Source of the DNA: Eledone cirrhosa
Lineage: Eukaryota
Direction: 5' to 3'
DNA: 64,000 nt
Assembly: GCA_964016885.1 (NCBI GenBank)
Contig: OZ024740.1
Span: 151,900,001-151,964,000, forward strand
Shown here: one piece after another, positions 28,154 through 42,849 of the stretch
Layout: every line of letters starts with the position of its first letter
Position numbering within the stretch: the stretch's first letter is position 1
Notes under the pieces: generated by a model
Database searches by the model: none
The model's input: the letters and a program-made list of their open reading frames with translations, nothing else
Told to the model about the DNA's origin: nothing
Translations under genes and position numbers: made by a program

Positions 28154-28704
28154 TTAATCTGTTATTTTAATAAATATTTGCTCTACGGTTCTTATATATT
28201 TGATATATATTTATTCTTATCGAGCCCTCTTTGGATTTTAGTCTTCAAATTTATTATTATTACTATTTGGCTCCCTCGGTTGAGCACTCTATTGACTTAT
28301 ATTTATCATGCATAAACAACATCTGAATATTTCTACAAAGAACATACCCGCACTAAGCAGGAAAACATACCTAAAACTCCTGATACAGAAAACAGACGCC
28401 TTCATTAAAAGGTTGCGGTAGCGTGCCTTTTATTTTGATAATCCGCGAAAAGCAGACCACAAACAGGATAAATTTGGGTTTAAAACCTATAATAACCCCC
28501 CGTGTAACCCAGCATTGCTACCCTTCGAAAATGACATCTTGGAACTCATACGGAGTAGCAAATTTCGCAATAGGAGCAATTCCTTCCAGCAGGACCTGAA
28601 GAATAGAATTCGTTCTATTAAAGATTCTAATGCCGTGCACGTCCATTCCAACAAAACTGGCAACCTATATCAAGTGGAGCGCAGTACTTACCATCAACTA
28701 TTAC

Positions 28705-28786
28705 ATAATTGTTTCTACTTTAGGCACAAGGCCAGCAATTATCCAGTGCATTACTGGTACTTTATTTTATCGACCCCGTAAGGATG
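28705..28786 (-). mobile_element. SINE family 1 3' fragment inserted in the PLE ORF
   Basis: Reverse complement of atccttacggggtcgataaaataaagtaccag..agtagaaacaattat interrupts the frame between LLHN and AVTKY. Confidence 0.85.
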
Positions 28787-31132
28787 ATGCTGTAACTAAG
28801 TATTACCGTAACACTAATCGGTGCGTCATCAATGAAATCAACGATGCTGGGTTTAAAATCACATCTGATCTCAACATCCTGGACCGGACCGAACCTCTGG
28901 ACCCTATTTCTCCCCACTTTACCTTGAAGGATCACAAATCCAATTTTCCGAACAACCCCTCTATTCGGCTTTAACCCTACGAAGTCCGATTTAGGTAGAC
29001 TTAGAAAAACGATTCTTGATAGAATTATACCTGAAATTAGAAGTTTGGCCACTCTTGCACTGTGGAACAATTCTTTCGCGGTGATTGATTGGTTCAACGG
29101 CATATGTAACTAGGAACATTGCCGTTTTATCCAATTCGACATCAACAATTACTACTCCTCCATCACTTTACCACTTCTCCTTAGAGCTATCAATTTCGCT
29201 AAAACACTCACAGTGGTTAAGGATTTCGAAGTTGAAGTCATCCTGAATGCCCGTAAGTCGGTGATTAAGTTCGATGACTCTATTTGGATTAAAAAATCCA
29301 ATAGTACCCCCATTCGACGTGAGTATGGGCGCCAGCAATTCTGCGGAGGTAAACATTGTCTACAAATGTAAGGTTGAAACTCCCACGTCCCGTAGGGCCT
29401 AAATAGGGTTAACCGCTAATAGATTCAAGCAGCGTCTTTGCATGCATACCCATTCTTTTCGTTACCCTCTAAGAAGGAATGTGACGTCACTTTCGGCTTA
29501 TATCTTGAGTCTAAAAGACAACCACACCCAATATAAGTTACACTGGGAGATCCTAGCTAGGGCTAGATCGTATAACGGAAATAAAAGACCATGTGACCTC
29601 TGCGCCGCTGAGGCCCTGGAAATACTCTACGCCACAGACCACATCTTAAACAAAAAATCTGAGGCTATTTCGGCTTGTAAACATAAATTGCACAAAACTT
29701 TCCTGTATTACAGCCCCACGTTATACCCTAACGGATAGTACGATCTATACGTGGATATTTTACGTCTTGATGTGGTAGCTAAGTATATGTTTTGTTTATA
29801 CCATTACTTATTTGCATAGGTAAGTATATATTACCTGTACGTTTTGTGAAGGTACGTATACCTTCTCGTACGTATATTTGATTGTATATGTTATGGCGTA
29901 TAATTTTTATATATTCTGGTACATATGGTTTGGTTATGTGTATACGGGAGTTTTGCGTCTGTGTGAGTATGCAGGTTCGTACGTATGTAGGGTGTGTGTA
30001 TATGTGTACTTCATGTTTTGGTTGACTTACGTCCCCGAACATTTGTGTATTTACATGTAGGTATGTGTGTGCGCTTGTTATATACGTATTTATTAATTTA
30101 TATACGTTTATTTAATTATTTATTTATTTGTATACGCGCATAGACACACACACATATTTATATGTGCGTGGTTTTGTATACCTATGGTAAGTGTTTTTGC
30201 GTATGCTTGTGTATGTACGTATTTGTATGCGTGTATGTATTTATTTAATTTCTATTACCTCTGCATTGTATTTATTTACTTTGTTCTTAACTCTGAAGCG
30301 GAGATTCATTCGGTCGCCTAGTTAGAATTTTAGTCTACGACTTCTGCTATACCATTTACGTGGTTTTGTCTTTGCGTGCAATTGTTCTCCACGCTCCACA
30401 TATGACGTATTATCTTCGTTTTTCTAGTTCATTGCCAGAGAACGTCTCTATGAACCACCCAAGAGAACATTAGTCTACGACCTCTTTTATACCATAAACG
30501 TGGTTCTGTCTTTGCGCGTAATTGTTTTTCACCGCTCCTATTAATGACGTATTATATTCGTTTTTTCCCGTTCTTTGCCAGGGAACGTTTCCACGAACCA
30601 AAGTATCTTCTTCCTGCTTCCTCCGGAGGCAACGTTTTTTGAAATATCCACTTCTGCGTTTACAGATTGACTTTGTTAGTTTCAGAAGATCCCGTTAAGG
30701 GTGAAAGCAGCGATTCTTTGCTTAAACTTTAATCTGTTATTTTAATAAATAGATATATATATATATATATATTATATTATATTATATATTATATATACAT
30801 TTATATATACGTATATATACGTATATATATCTATATATGTATGTATATAAATAAATGTATATATAATATATATGTGTGTGTGTGTGTGTGTGTGCGAGTG
30901 TGCGTCTATATATATGCTTGCATGTGTGTATGCATATATTTATATGTATGTACATATGTATGCATGTGTGTATGTAAGTGTGTATATATATTATATATAT
31001 ATATTTATATATATATATATATATATTTATTAAATACTTTAATAAATATTTGCTCTACGGTTCCTATATATTTGATATATATTTATCCTTATCGAGCCCT
31101 CTTTGGATTTTAGTCCTCAAATTTATTATTAT

Positions 31133-31231
<99 letters not shown>

Positions 31232-31948
31232 ATATACATATGTGCTTGTGAATGTTTGTCTGCATGTTTATATATATATGTACATTTGTGGCAACGAGTG
31301 CAGCAGAGATAGATTGCTAAAAGTTGCACACATGATACAGGGGATATCAGCGTGGTTTTAAATAACACCCTCAACACTCAACAGGAGATAGATAGCTATA
31401 TATCTCCTCCTTTCTCTTCTCTTTTTCTCACTGTCTACCTTTCACAGGCACACACACACACACACATCCACACAGACAGACACATCTTCTTACTAAAACA
31501 ATATCACCGCTAACACTAACAGCCCTCCAGCAACACCAGCACCAGCACAACTACCAGCACGACCACCACCAGCACCACCATCATCACCACCATTACCAGC
31601 ACCACCACTATCAACAATGACCTAAACAATGACTGGTGGCAGATTACTTGCTATTGATGTAGTACGGTGTACGGAGCTTAACTTAGCTTACCAACTTGAC
31701 TTCAGGTTTAAATGAGAATTAATGGTATCACTTTAAAGAATACAAACTAGAAAATCAGGCAAATGGTTTTCTCGTATTTCATTCATTACCCATTCTTCTT
31801 AATAGACATCAGCATGCACGCATCACTATCTACACGTCTATATGCCTGTATATACTTCTCGGTGTTTCCTCCTTTCTCTGTCTCTCTTCCCACCTATCTC
31901 TCCCTCTCTCTTTCTTTCTTTCTCTCTCACTAGATATATGTATATATC

Positions 31949-32026
<78 letters not shown>

Positions 32027-32158
32027 AAGGTGTAATATTGGTTGCGTCAAACGGTCCAATAAATTTTTGTTAGCAATATTAAGTTCCCCACGCTTTTGTA
32101 TATCTCCAATTCTATTTTAAATGATTGGAAATGTATACCATGCTGTTGGATCTTATTT

Positions 32159-32209
<51 letters not shown>

Positions 32210-32437
32210 GAATATGTAAAGCAAATAAGAGGAAAGGAACCACTTCAAATTACTTTTCGGTTTCGACTGCATGTATATATATATATATATTTTAATTTCA
32301 ATTTCAATTTTTGTACAATTCTCGTAAAATATATGTCGCATCCATTCCACAATGTAAATACGAAACTGTTGCTCACAATATCAATATATATGTATCTATA
32401 TTATAGGAGGTTTATTACATGTACAAACATTGATAAT

Positions 32438-32482
32438 GCTCCGATGACTCCAAACAAGAGATTGGAAGAAACGATTGTCAGC
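32438..32482 (+). ncRNA. Hammerhead-like motif with CCGATGA (U4C) core, probably degenerate
   Basis: gct-CCGATGA-ctccaa-acaagaga-ttggaa-GAA-ACGATTGT-C-agc. Confidence 0.55.
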
Positions 32483-32715
32483 TATTAAATGATTTGAGGA
32501 CAACTTTGATAATTGTCTAATTTATTTATTTTCCTGCTCTGTAAAACAACTGATGTTCTTACATTGAGCTATTTCTCTTACTGGTAATAAGGTAGTAGGA
32601 AATTACTGACCTTTCCTGTTTATAGTTGTTTATAGTATATACATAACTATAAATAGTATTATGATTATATATATATATGCATATAAACATACACACACAC
32701 ACACGCCCCCCCCCC

Positions 32716-32752
<37 letters not shown>

Positions 32753-32926
32753 TCATGTATGTATATATGTAGGTAGGTAGCTATATAATTGCATCTTCAC
32801 AAACACACATATGGGATATGCTGCACACACTCACACAACAATATACATGTATATATACATGTGTGTGTGTGTGCGTCTATCTGAAGACGTTTATATATAT
32901 GTGTCTGTGTGTGTCTGTGTGTATGT

Positions 32927-33086
<160 letters not shown>

Positions 33087-33226
33087 GTATATATATGTAT
33101 ACATTCACACAGACACACACACACGCACTACGCCGTACTAAGAGTGAGAAATGAAATTTTATTTTTTCCACACACATATATATATATATACATATATATT
33201 TATATATATATGTATACATACATACA

Positions 33227-33334
<108 letters not shown>

Positions 33335-33720
33335 CAATATCGGAGAAAGCTTTTTAGCGATACTCCGGCCAATTTCCAACTCACTCAATAAACATTAGGA
33401 AATAAGTGATTATATTCCCAATTATGCGTTCGGGGTGCTAACTAAAAGTATTGCGTGGAAAATTGGCTGTATTATTTCATATGAGACATATCTAATATAT
33501 TTCTTCCCAGACGGATTCCTACAATTTGGGTGAAATTATACCAATTTATGTAGGAGCTTGTATACCATCAATAGATATATATTCAAGTGGGCTCCTATAA
33601 TTCATCAGATCAGTGGGTGCCCCAATAATACTAATATTGATAATCTAACCAACATCAGTATTTAGCGATAATTATCATCCTCTGTGCCTAAGGTATCTGT
33701 CAGGTTGTCAGTCCAGCAGT
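33335..33720 (-). repeat. Family C pLTR-like repeat with inactivated hammerhead (33506-33617)
   Basis: Near-identical to 44570-44975, but GAAA and helix III are deleted between two tcc motifs and ctgat is duplicated. Confidence 0.85.
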
Positions 33721-33854
33721 TCTAAAGAAGTGCTCGAACTGATTCAAAAAATGAGGAAGTAAATTACTGTCAAAAAAACAATACATATATATATATATTT
33801 CGTTTCTGAATTTGTTTAGCAAGATTCTTTATCTGAAATCGTGTGTTGAAACCG

Positions 33855-33922
33855 ATATTGTTATACTTTGGGAGGGTCATGTGCGTGTGTTTCTTATTGG
33901 CAACATGACCCTCCCAAAGTAT

Positions 33923-33930
<8 letters not shown>
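33855..33930. repeat. Perfect 28-bp inverted repeat next to (TA)n
   Basis: atattgttatactttgggagggtcatgt / acatgaccctcccaaagtataacaatat. Confidence 0.85.
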
Positions 33931-33991
<61 letters not shown>

Positions 33992-34008
33992 CATATATAT
34001 ATATATGT

Positions 34009-34054
<46 letters not shown>

Positions 34055-34056
<2 letters not shown>

Positions 34057-34242
34057 CGAAGGAAATGTGGTAAGGAACCAGGTGGACCATAACGCACCAA
34101 AGTACTCAATACTTGAGGTAGTAGAGTGGGTAATAGGAACCAGTAAGACCCCGACAGCTGAGCTCAAGCCGTTTCGACGGCTAATTCTGGACCAATTAGC
34201 CGACGAAACGGCTTGAGCTCAGCTGTCGGGGTCTTACTGGTT

Positions 34243-34247
<5 letters not shown>
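34055..34247. repeat. Family D pLTR fragment with fold-back at hammerhead helix II
   Basis: Matches 51670-51803; palindrome 34133-34247 centred on ctggacc. Confidence 0.9.
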
Positions 34248-34334
<87 letters not shown>

Positions 34335-34337
34335 CAT

Positions 34338-34395
<58 letters not shown>

Positions 34396-34657
34396 GGAAT
34401 AGAATGAAACGAAATTTCATTTCTCACTCTTAGTACGGCACTTACTTAAATGTAAGTATGTATGTATACGTACATACATATATGTATACAGACGTATAGT
34501 AGCATGTATATATATACATGCAGGCACACATATATATATATGCACGTATCAGTTTACCGAACATTTATTATAATGCTCGGTTTGTTCGTTTGTAAACAAA
34601 CAGCCTGAATTACGCCGTACGTCTGTATACATATATGTATGTACGTATACATACATA

Positions 34658-34712
<55 letters not shown>

Positions 34713-34716
<4 letters not shown>

Positions 34717-35033
34717 ATAATAATAAATTTGAAGACTAAAATCCAAAGAGAGCTCGATAAGGATAAATATATATCAAATATATAAGAACCGTAGAGCAAA
34801 TATTTATTAAAATAACAGATTAAAGTTTAAGCAAAGAATCGCTGCTTTCACCCTTAACGGGATCTTCTGAAACTTTAGCGAACGTTTCCACGGTTGAACG
34901 TTTCCTCCGGTTGCAACGTTTTTTGAAATATCCAGTTCTGCGTTCACAGATTGACTTTGTTAGTTTCAGAAGATCCCGTTAAGGGTGAAAGCAGCGATTC
35001 TTTGCTTAAACTTTAATCTGTTATTTTAATAAA
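34713..35033. repeat. Inverted pair of family B pLTR fragments
   Basis: 34713-34874 (minus) and about 34905-35033 (plus) both match the family B pLTR. Confidence 0.9.
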
Positions 35034-35071
35034 TATATATGTATATATGTGTATATTGGTGTTTGTGTGGT

Positions 35072-35139
<68 letters not shown>

Positions 35140-37716
35140 ATGCATATACATGCATACATACAGTGAACGTTAACGTTTAATGTGATCAACTTGGACGCGA
35201 CTCTCTTTGGATGACATTGTCTGGTGAATAGCATTGTCCGTGATTACAGTAAGCGGCTTCCACTGCATATGCGTGTATTAGTGTGTACATAAGTGTATGT
35301 AGGCGCTCGGGTATATGTGTGTGAGTTCGTGTGAGCGTGTGGGTAATATATGATCGTTCGTTAGGTATTTCGATAAATAAATGACTGCAATGTCTGTAAA
35401 CCACTTTGATGTTGAGCAGTTTACTAGGAATACAAATGTACTGTAATACATTATCCGACTAAAATCATTAAGATTTCTTTGAAGCATGTTGTTGATGTTG
35501 GACTTCCGTCAGATTCGAAGACGAGTGATCCAGTTGTTGGAACAGCTGCCTCATGAAATTGAGGTACAAGTGTCTGAGCATTCACCAAATACGTATAACC
35601 ATAACTTAGTTCTCAGAGAGATTCAGTGTGACACATTGTGTGACAAGACTAGCCCTTTGAATTAGAGGTACAACTCATTTTTTGACAGCTGCATGAATTG
35701 CAGTAACATAAGATAAAATGCGTAAACGTGCTGCCATGAATCGAACTCATGACCTTACAATCGGGAGCCGGAACATTATTAAGTTGAGCACCTTCACAGT
35801 CAAGTATATAAGCATCTTCAGAAGGGTGGTCTTAAAATAGAGCAGATTATTACTCTTAATACTGCTACACGTGGAAAGTAGATTTCTGTTAACATTTCCT
35901 CTATTTAACATGAATCTTACACCACCTGTCAATGAGGATTGGGGCGTTGCCATTATATACAGCGGGTCTTCGCCTTGAAACCTGACAGAGCCCATCTCTC
36001 CAGATTTGAACACAGCCGATTTTTTGTATAGAGAGAATAAGAATAAATAAATAAGAGAAAAGAAGAATCAACTCCAGTACTTAAATGGTCATTGATTATT
36101 GACCTCAAAACGATGAAAGGGAAAATTGACCTTGGCGGGATTGAAACTCAGATAGTAAAGAGCCGGAAAGAATATCGTGAAGTATTCTGTTCGAGGCTCT
36201 AAGGACTCCTTTCGATTTGAATAGAGACCATAAAGGTATGAAATCTAAATACTGTTTGTTATTTCACTTTATAGTCTTTATAGTCTTTATTTAGCCTCAA
36301 CTCTGTCTTGATTAAGCAGAGTGAGCTTCCATCGAAACGAGCGATATTGGGGAGCTTATTCTTTAAGCTATTTGATGGTTCAGGCCATTTCCTTTGCAAA
36401 ACTTTATTCTCAAAACAAAATACTACATCCGCCACTAAAACACATGAATCACTCACAAGTCAGTCAGTTAATAACTATATTTAACAATCACGTAATCATT
36501 TATTTTGTTACAGGTTCAACAAATTGAACTGCGACCATGTTTGAACACTGCATTCGAGAATATAGTCAGTTAGATCGACACCAACCTTTATATAATTAAC
36601 CTCTGAAGTTTAAAAAACAAACTGAACTTGGACAATATTTGAAATCAGCATTTTTTCGAATGATCTACCAACTCTTCACCCAAACTCATATACATATACA
36701 CACACGCAGAGGTTAGTGTACGTATATATAATATCAAATTGTTCAGGGTGAGTTTATTTAAAGCTAATGGTGATTGCAGAGATGTCGGTTTGTTAGGCAG
36801 GACTGGGCTCAAGAGTTTAAATAATTTTGTACGCTAGCTACGGAAATGGGTTTGGTTGGTGTAGATTATTATGCAATGGGGTCGTAGACTCTGCAGATAA
36901 TAATAGATATTGTTCATTGTTTATTCGTATAGAGACACTGTGTAATATGACGGCTGTAGCTTGAAAAACCTTTCCCCTCCATACTCATATTTAGAGCCGG
37001 TTGCTGGTTAACTTTACCTAATTTGAGTCAGAAAATATGCTCCTCGAAATCACGGAACGCCCCCCCTCCTACCCATTTTTCAATATACTACTGATTTTGA
37101 TATCAGTGTATTACTGGGCCAAATCAAGTTATGTTAGAATCTTTAAAAAATACTCGTACGAATTAAATACAAAAATGTTTCAGTCCAAAGCAAAAGCAAG
37201 CTATTTCAAATTATATATTTTTGAAAAATAGATGTGAATGTTCTCAAAGATTTGATATCGGTCGAAAAAGCTTTTTTTAAATTCTATATTTCACTGTTAG
37301 CTGTTGTAATATTTTGAGTGGATAGACAATTCTACAATTCAAACTGTAAAGTCAAAATACAAAAGATGTAAAATATGAAGAATTTCTTACCTTTCTCTTG
37401 AATAACAAACTCAAGGGAAAAATAGTACCTTGCAAAATAAAGTGCCTCGATCACAAACTTATTTGCAATGAATCAATTGAGATGCTTAGTGACAGTGAGC
37501 AAACAATATCTGTATCCCTTATATATATACATAGATAGATACACACACACACACATACACGCGCGCGCACAATAACACGCACACACAAACAAACTTGTGT
37601 GTGTGTCTGTGTGTGCCTTGTTTTTGGTACAGAAAGAATTTTGACTCCAGTTTTTATTGCCGGGTCAACGGCCACTGCTCGTTTCAACAACGTCAAATAA
37701 CAACGCCATATATATA

Positions 37717-37826
<110 letters not shown>

Positions 37827-38038
37827 ATAGATAGAGAGAGAGAGAGAGAGAGAAAGAGGGAGAGACAGAGAGAGAGTAAGAAATGTGTGTGTGTGTGCCT
37901 ATTGGTGTGTGTTTGGTACACGTCTATCTATCTATGTATCTCTCCAACAGGGGGCTCAAACATGCCTCCCGCGAACTACTTTTCTATGGCCCGTGGTAGA
38001 ACCAATATTTCAGATTCCATTATAACTGGTGAAACTAA

Positions 38039-38250
38039 GGCAGTGAGCTGGTGGAATCGTTATCACATCTGGCGAAATGCTTAGCGGTACTTCTTCCCTT
38101 TTTACGTTCCGAGTTCAAATTCCGCCCATCTCAACTTTGCCTTTCATCCTTTTAGTGTCGATAAATTAAGTACCAGTTGTGAACTGGGATCGATGTAATC
38201 GACGGGACCCTAAACCCTAAATGTCATGCCTTGTGCCTATAGTAGAAATG
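38039..38250 (+). mobile_element. Full-length SINE family 1 with 16-bp TSD
   Basis: tRNA-like head (ggcagtgagctggtggaatcgtt..gagttcaaattcc); TSD attataactggtgaaa at 38019-38034 and 38251-38266. Confidence 0.85.
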
Positions 38251-38353
38251 ATTATAACTGGTGAAAATCATCACCCACCACCACGTTTGGCCCAGTGCCT
38301 CTCCTCCAGGACATAATGGCTCTTTTATGTCCTTGAGTTTGAGACCGCTCTCC

Positions 38354-38401
<48 letters not shown>

Positions 38402-38652
38402 CACTTTACTTTTTTTCTGTCTCTGGATTACGCCCATGCTGGTGCATCACCTTGGTAAGTTATGGGGGCGTCAACAAACCAACAAGCATTGGTGGGAGGG
38501 CAAACACAATCGCAAAGTCACATGCAGACATATATACGACGCGCTTCTTTAAGTTTCGGTCTATTAAATCCACTCACTGGGCTTTGGTCGGCCCGGGCAG
38601 TAGGACTGAACCCGGAAACATGTGGTTGGGAAGCAAGCTTCTTGTCACACTG

Positions 38653-38709
<57 letters not shown>

Positions 38710-39728
38710 ATGTGTGTGTTAACAATGAAAATAAAAAGAACAAAGTCAAGTTACTTTATAACTTTGTTTTTATTTTGTTGTTTTTATATTTATTGTTAAT
38801 TTAATACCTAATATCTGACTCGGTATCTAAAGAATTAATTCAGCGAAACACAAAACTCCTTTATGGATTTTACAAGATTACATTGAGTCCTATCTACGGT
38901 ATGGACCCTACCACCAGAGGTAGACCAGACTGAAAAAAGAAAAAACAAAATATATATATGTGTGTGTCTGTGTGTGTGTAAAATATATATATATATAAAT
39001 CTACATACATGCATATATGCATACATACATTTACCTATGTATATAGATATGCATTTATACATTAGTATATATATACATGCATTTATATTGAAGTGTGTAA
39101 GGATGTTGACCTGATTTATGTTTTTTTTTTTGGTAAGGAGAGAATTTTGCCTCCAGATTTTATTACCTAGGGAGATTAATTACCACAGCTCTGGCTGAAA
39201 GCTGACCAGGTTCTCAACCTCATCAAACACCAACGCCGGCCTGTGTGCGTATATATGTGTATGTATGTATGTACGTATGCATATGTATGTACGTATGCAT
39301 TGCTTCTTTTTCTTGTTGTTTCTGTTGTTCTTGTAACTGTTGTCAAAGTTGACGTTGTCCTTATTTTCATTGTCTTTGATTTCTTTCGTTTTTCTTTTAT
39401 CTCCCAAGGAAATTCGTTAACAAGCTTCTTTTATTTATTTTCTTTGTTCTCTTCATTCAAATGCATCCATAGTAGCTGTCTCAGAATCGTACAAATATAA
39501 CTTATAAAACTTACCTAAGTAAATAGCCCCCTGGCGCCCCCTGGCGCCAAAGCGTCAAATGGCCCCCCTGGAGCTTCGAAATGCCCACCGGGGAGGGGGG
39601 GGGGCATATCCCCCTCATTGAGAACCTTTGCTCTAGGTAAATCTATGTTTAGATTTATGTATTTGACAGTCATATTGATTATTTGATTCTCATTATCTCT
39701 CCCTCCATCTCTCTCTCACCCTCTCCCC

Positions 39729-39808
<80 letters not shown>

Positions 39809-40249
39809 ATGTATATCTATATATATCTATATATATATATATATGTATATATATTTCTTCTGAGCTGTTCTAGAGCCGGAGGTAGAAGATAGCGATACGG
39901 CCACCACCAGATATGATGGCTAGTTGCGATATAAACAAGCAACTGCCAAACGACTAAGCAACCCCGGACCAACACCGGTAAACATTGGCCAGATGGAGTA
40001 ATGGGTGATACCTGTAGCTCCCCAGAAAACTCTCACAACCCAGTGCCGTAGTTACGATGAGGCGAGTAAAGGCCGCCTCTAAAAAAGCCCACGTACATAT
40101 ATAGCTGCATACCACCCGGTGAAACTGCAGTCAAGATATTAGGAAAAAATTAGGTTGTTTATTTTCTCCTCATATTTATAATTGATATATATATATATAA
40201 ACAATGAGTTATTATGTGTATTGATTATTCAACAAAGTTAATTTTACAG

Positions 40250-40432
40250 CTGAAAAGACCCGTTAAGTTTAGACGCTAGATAAATTTTAAATACTTATTT
40301 AATATGTATATATACATATTTCTATAAATAATTCTAAAATAATTTTTTTCAAATTTAATAGCAAACCCTTTAAACAAATTTAAACAAGTATTTAAAATTT
40401 ATCTGGCGTCTAAACTTAACGGGTCTTTTCAG
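40250..40432. repeat. Inverted repeat of about 50 bp
   Basis: ctgaaaagacccgttaagtttagacg..aaatact versus agtattt..cgtctaaacttaacgggtcttttcag. Confidence 0.85.
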
Positions 40433-40554
40433 TTTTAACGTTATCCTCATTTCCATATTTCCTTGAGTTTTGAACAATTCTATCCACTATCCTCACTGAA
40501 TTTATAACATTAAGTTCACATGAAGATATGTCACTATATTAACACCAATTATTA

Positions 40555-40615
40555 TATTTTATCTGACGAAAGCGTACTTAAGTATTAGTACCCTTGAAAT
40601 ACGTATAATAAAATA
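40555..40615 (+). ncRNA. Canonical compact type I hammerhead ribozyme
   Basis: tattttat-CTGACGA-aagcgtact-taagtatt-agtaccctt-GAA-ATACGTAT-A-ataaaata: 8-bp helix I, 8 of 9 pairs in helix II, palindromic helix III. Confidence 0.85.
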
Positions 40616-40658
40616 AATATGGTTTTATAAAGATATTTTCCATTTATATATATATTCC

Positions 40659-40712
<54 letters not shown>

Positions 40713-40982
40713 CGTGGTCCTCATCAGTGATCTTCCAACCATCACAGATATTTCTTCGCTTTAAAGACCATATACCTCCGGTTGGTGCGAGCAACGGCTA
40801 AAGAAAGTCGTTGGGACACGTAAATAAAGGGAACAGCGAGAGTGTAAACAAACAATGATGGTGAAGCAACGTAAAGTGAGGAATAACGAGTCAAGTACGG
40901 AATTCCTTCCTTGCTCACATTCCAACCAGGTTTGATGGTCTTTATTCTCTCTCGTTCACGATTTCACCGAACTTATATTTAT

Positions 40983-41025
<43 letters not shown>

Positions 41026-41060
41026 TTATAAGAATCAAAGAACTGTTTAAAACATTTTTA

Positions 41061-41107
41061 TGCTTACAACTGTTTCCTCCAAACCGAGGTTTGTATTCTT
41101 CGGAGCA
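41061..41107 (-). ncRNA. Degenerate hammerhead-like motif (CCGAAGA core)
   Basis: Minus: tgct-CCGAAGA-ata-caaac-ctcg-gtttg-gag-GAA-ACAGTTGT-A-agca; the base of helix II is unpaired. Confidence 0.4.
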
Positions 41108-41324
41108 ATTTATTATTGAATGAACACTTATATGACCTCCTTTTCACCCAAGAGACATACAGATACATATGCAAATATTGTGGGTCATTTAGAGTGGCAG
41201 TACACACTTAGAGCTTACATTCATATACTGCCTACCACTATTTAGGGTTTATATAAAAATATATATAACTGCAAAAGGTTTTTGTATTTACATAACCATA
41301 AATAGTATAATTAATACTAATTAA

Positions 41325-41389
<65 letters not shown>

Positions 41390-41461
41390 ATATATGTATA
41401 TAATATATATATATAATATTTATATAATATATATATATATATAATATATATATATAATGTA

Positions 41462-41815
41462 ATACGCTCCACATATGACTTATTATCTTCGTTTTTTCGT
41501 TCATTGCCAGAGAACGTCTCTATGCACCACCTAAGAGAACATTAGTCTACGACCTCTTTTATACCATAAACGTGGTTTTGTCTTTGCGCGTAATTGTTTT
41601 TCACCGCTCCTTTTAATGACGTATTATTCGTTTTTTCCCGTTCTTTGCCAGCGAACGTTACCACGAACCAAAGTATCGTCTTCCTGTCTTCCTCCGGTTG
41701 CAACGTTTTTTTAAATATCCAGTTCTGCGTTTACAGATTGACTTTGTTAGTTTCAGAAGATCCCGTTAAGGGTGAAAGCAGCGATTCTTTGCTTAAACTT
41801 TAATCTGTTATTTTA

Positions 41816-41820
<5 letters not shown>
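41462..41820 (+). repeat. Solo family B pLTR in (TA)n
   Basis: Near-identical to 30390-30750. Confidence 0.9.
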
Positions 41821-41868
<48 letters not shown>

Positions 41869-42849
41869 TTTATTCACGTAGGTTTAGTTTTTGCGATTGT
41901 GGCGGATCCTAGGCATTGCCGTTTTTCATTTTTTTTTTTTTTTACCAGCCATTCTTTGTGAAACATTAGTACATTACATCATTTAGATCACCTTTATCTG
42001 AACGTGACTAGCAGGAAGTATTTTTTGACAACACGTCGTGTTCTAAATGAAAGAAATCATATAGAAAATAATTATTTTTATAAGCTTAACAATGTTGTAC
42101 ACTTGTTCAATTTTTTAATGATATATTCACAGTGATCTTGACCGAGAACAATATAATTTTGGGGTTCGACTCTCAATGGTATTCGGGTTCTCTTCATGCA
42201 TATGAACTTGGTTTCTTGTAACAAATGTACACTCGGTACAAATTTATAGTGTGAATAAAACCATCACTAAATGTTCAATGCTTTTAAAATCCAGCTTAAT
42301 ATCAGCCATTGTTTGACTATTAAATCTATGTGAAACACTGTTAGAAACGACAAACTGCTACGTGGTATGTTTAATAACTGTAAACGAAAGAACATCGTCG
42401 TACCACTGTCGATAACACTTCTTTGATGTCAAGTTTTCACCGGTTCTTAAGTAATTTAAGTTCACTTCTAATAATTCTAAATAAAAGATAAAGTGTTAAT
42501 AGCATTAATTTCCTAATTAGAGTTCTTATCTAACTACTACAAATCATCTTTTGTAGTTAAATACTGATTATAAGTAATATTTGTTTTCTTACAAATCAAA
42601 GTATCTAATGTTCATACACTATTTCACTGTTCTAAAGTGAAATTATTATGTCATTTTAAGAATTAAAAAAGGTGAGCCATGTTAGATAAGAGGAAAGTGC
42701 TCAAGTCATCAAGAAATCACGTCTAACAATAACTTTAAATGATAAAACAGAAGTCATTCGCCCAATGGAAAGTGGTTATGGCCGAACTAGTGTTCGTATG
42801 ACTATACATTTTCCCCCGTCGGCTGCATCTATGATCGTAAAGCATGCAA

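Larger units (their letters stand above)
27830..30750 (+). mobile_element. PLE family B bounded by two direct pLTRs; ORF from ATG 28307, disrupted, RT core deleted
   Basis: pLTRs at about 27830-28265 and 30405-30750. N-terminus MHKQHLNISTKNIP..KLLIQKTDAFIKRLR; FIQFDINNYYSSI; the frame jumps from SAEV to NIVYKCKV at about 29352. Confidence 0.9.

Noticed and set aside
40711-40735. Minus-strand CTGATGA-ggaccacg
   Set aside because: Cut off by (TA)n with no GAAA half, so it cannot be called.
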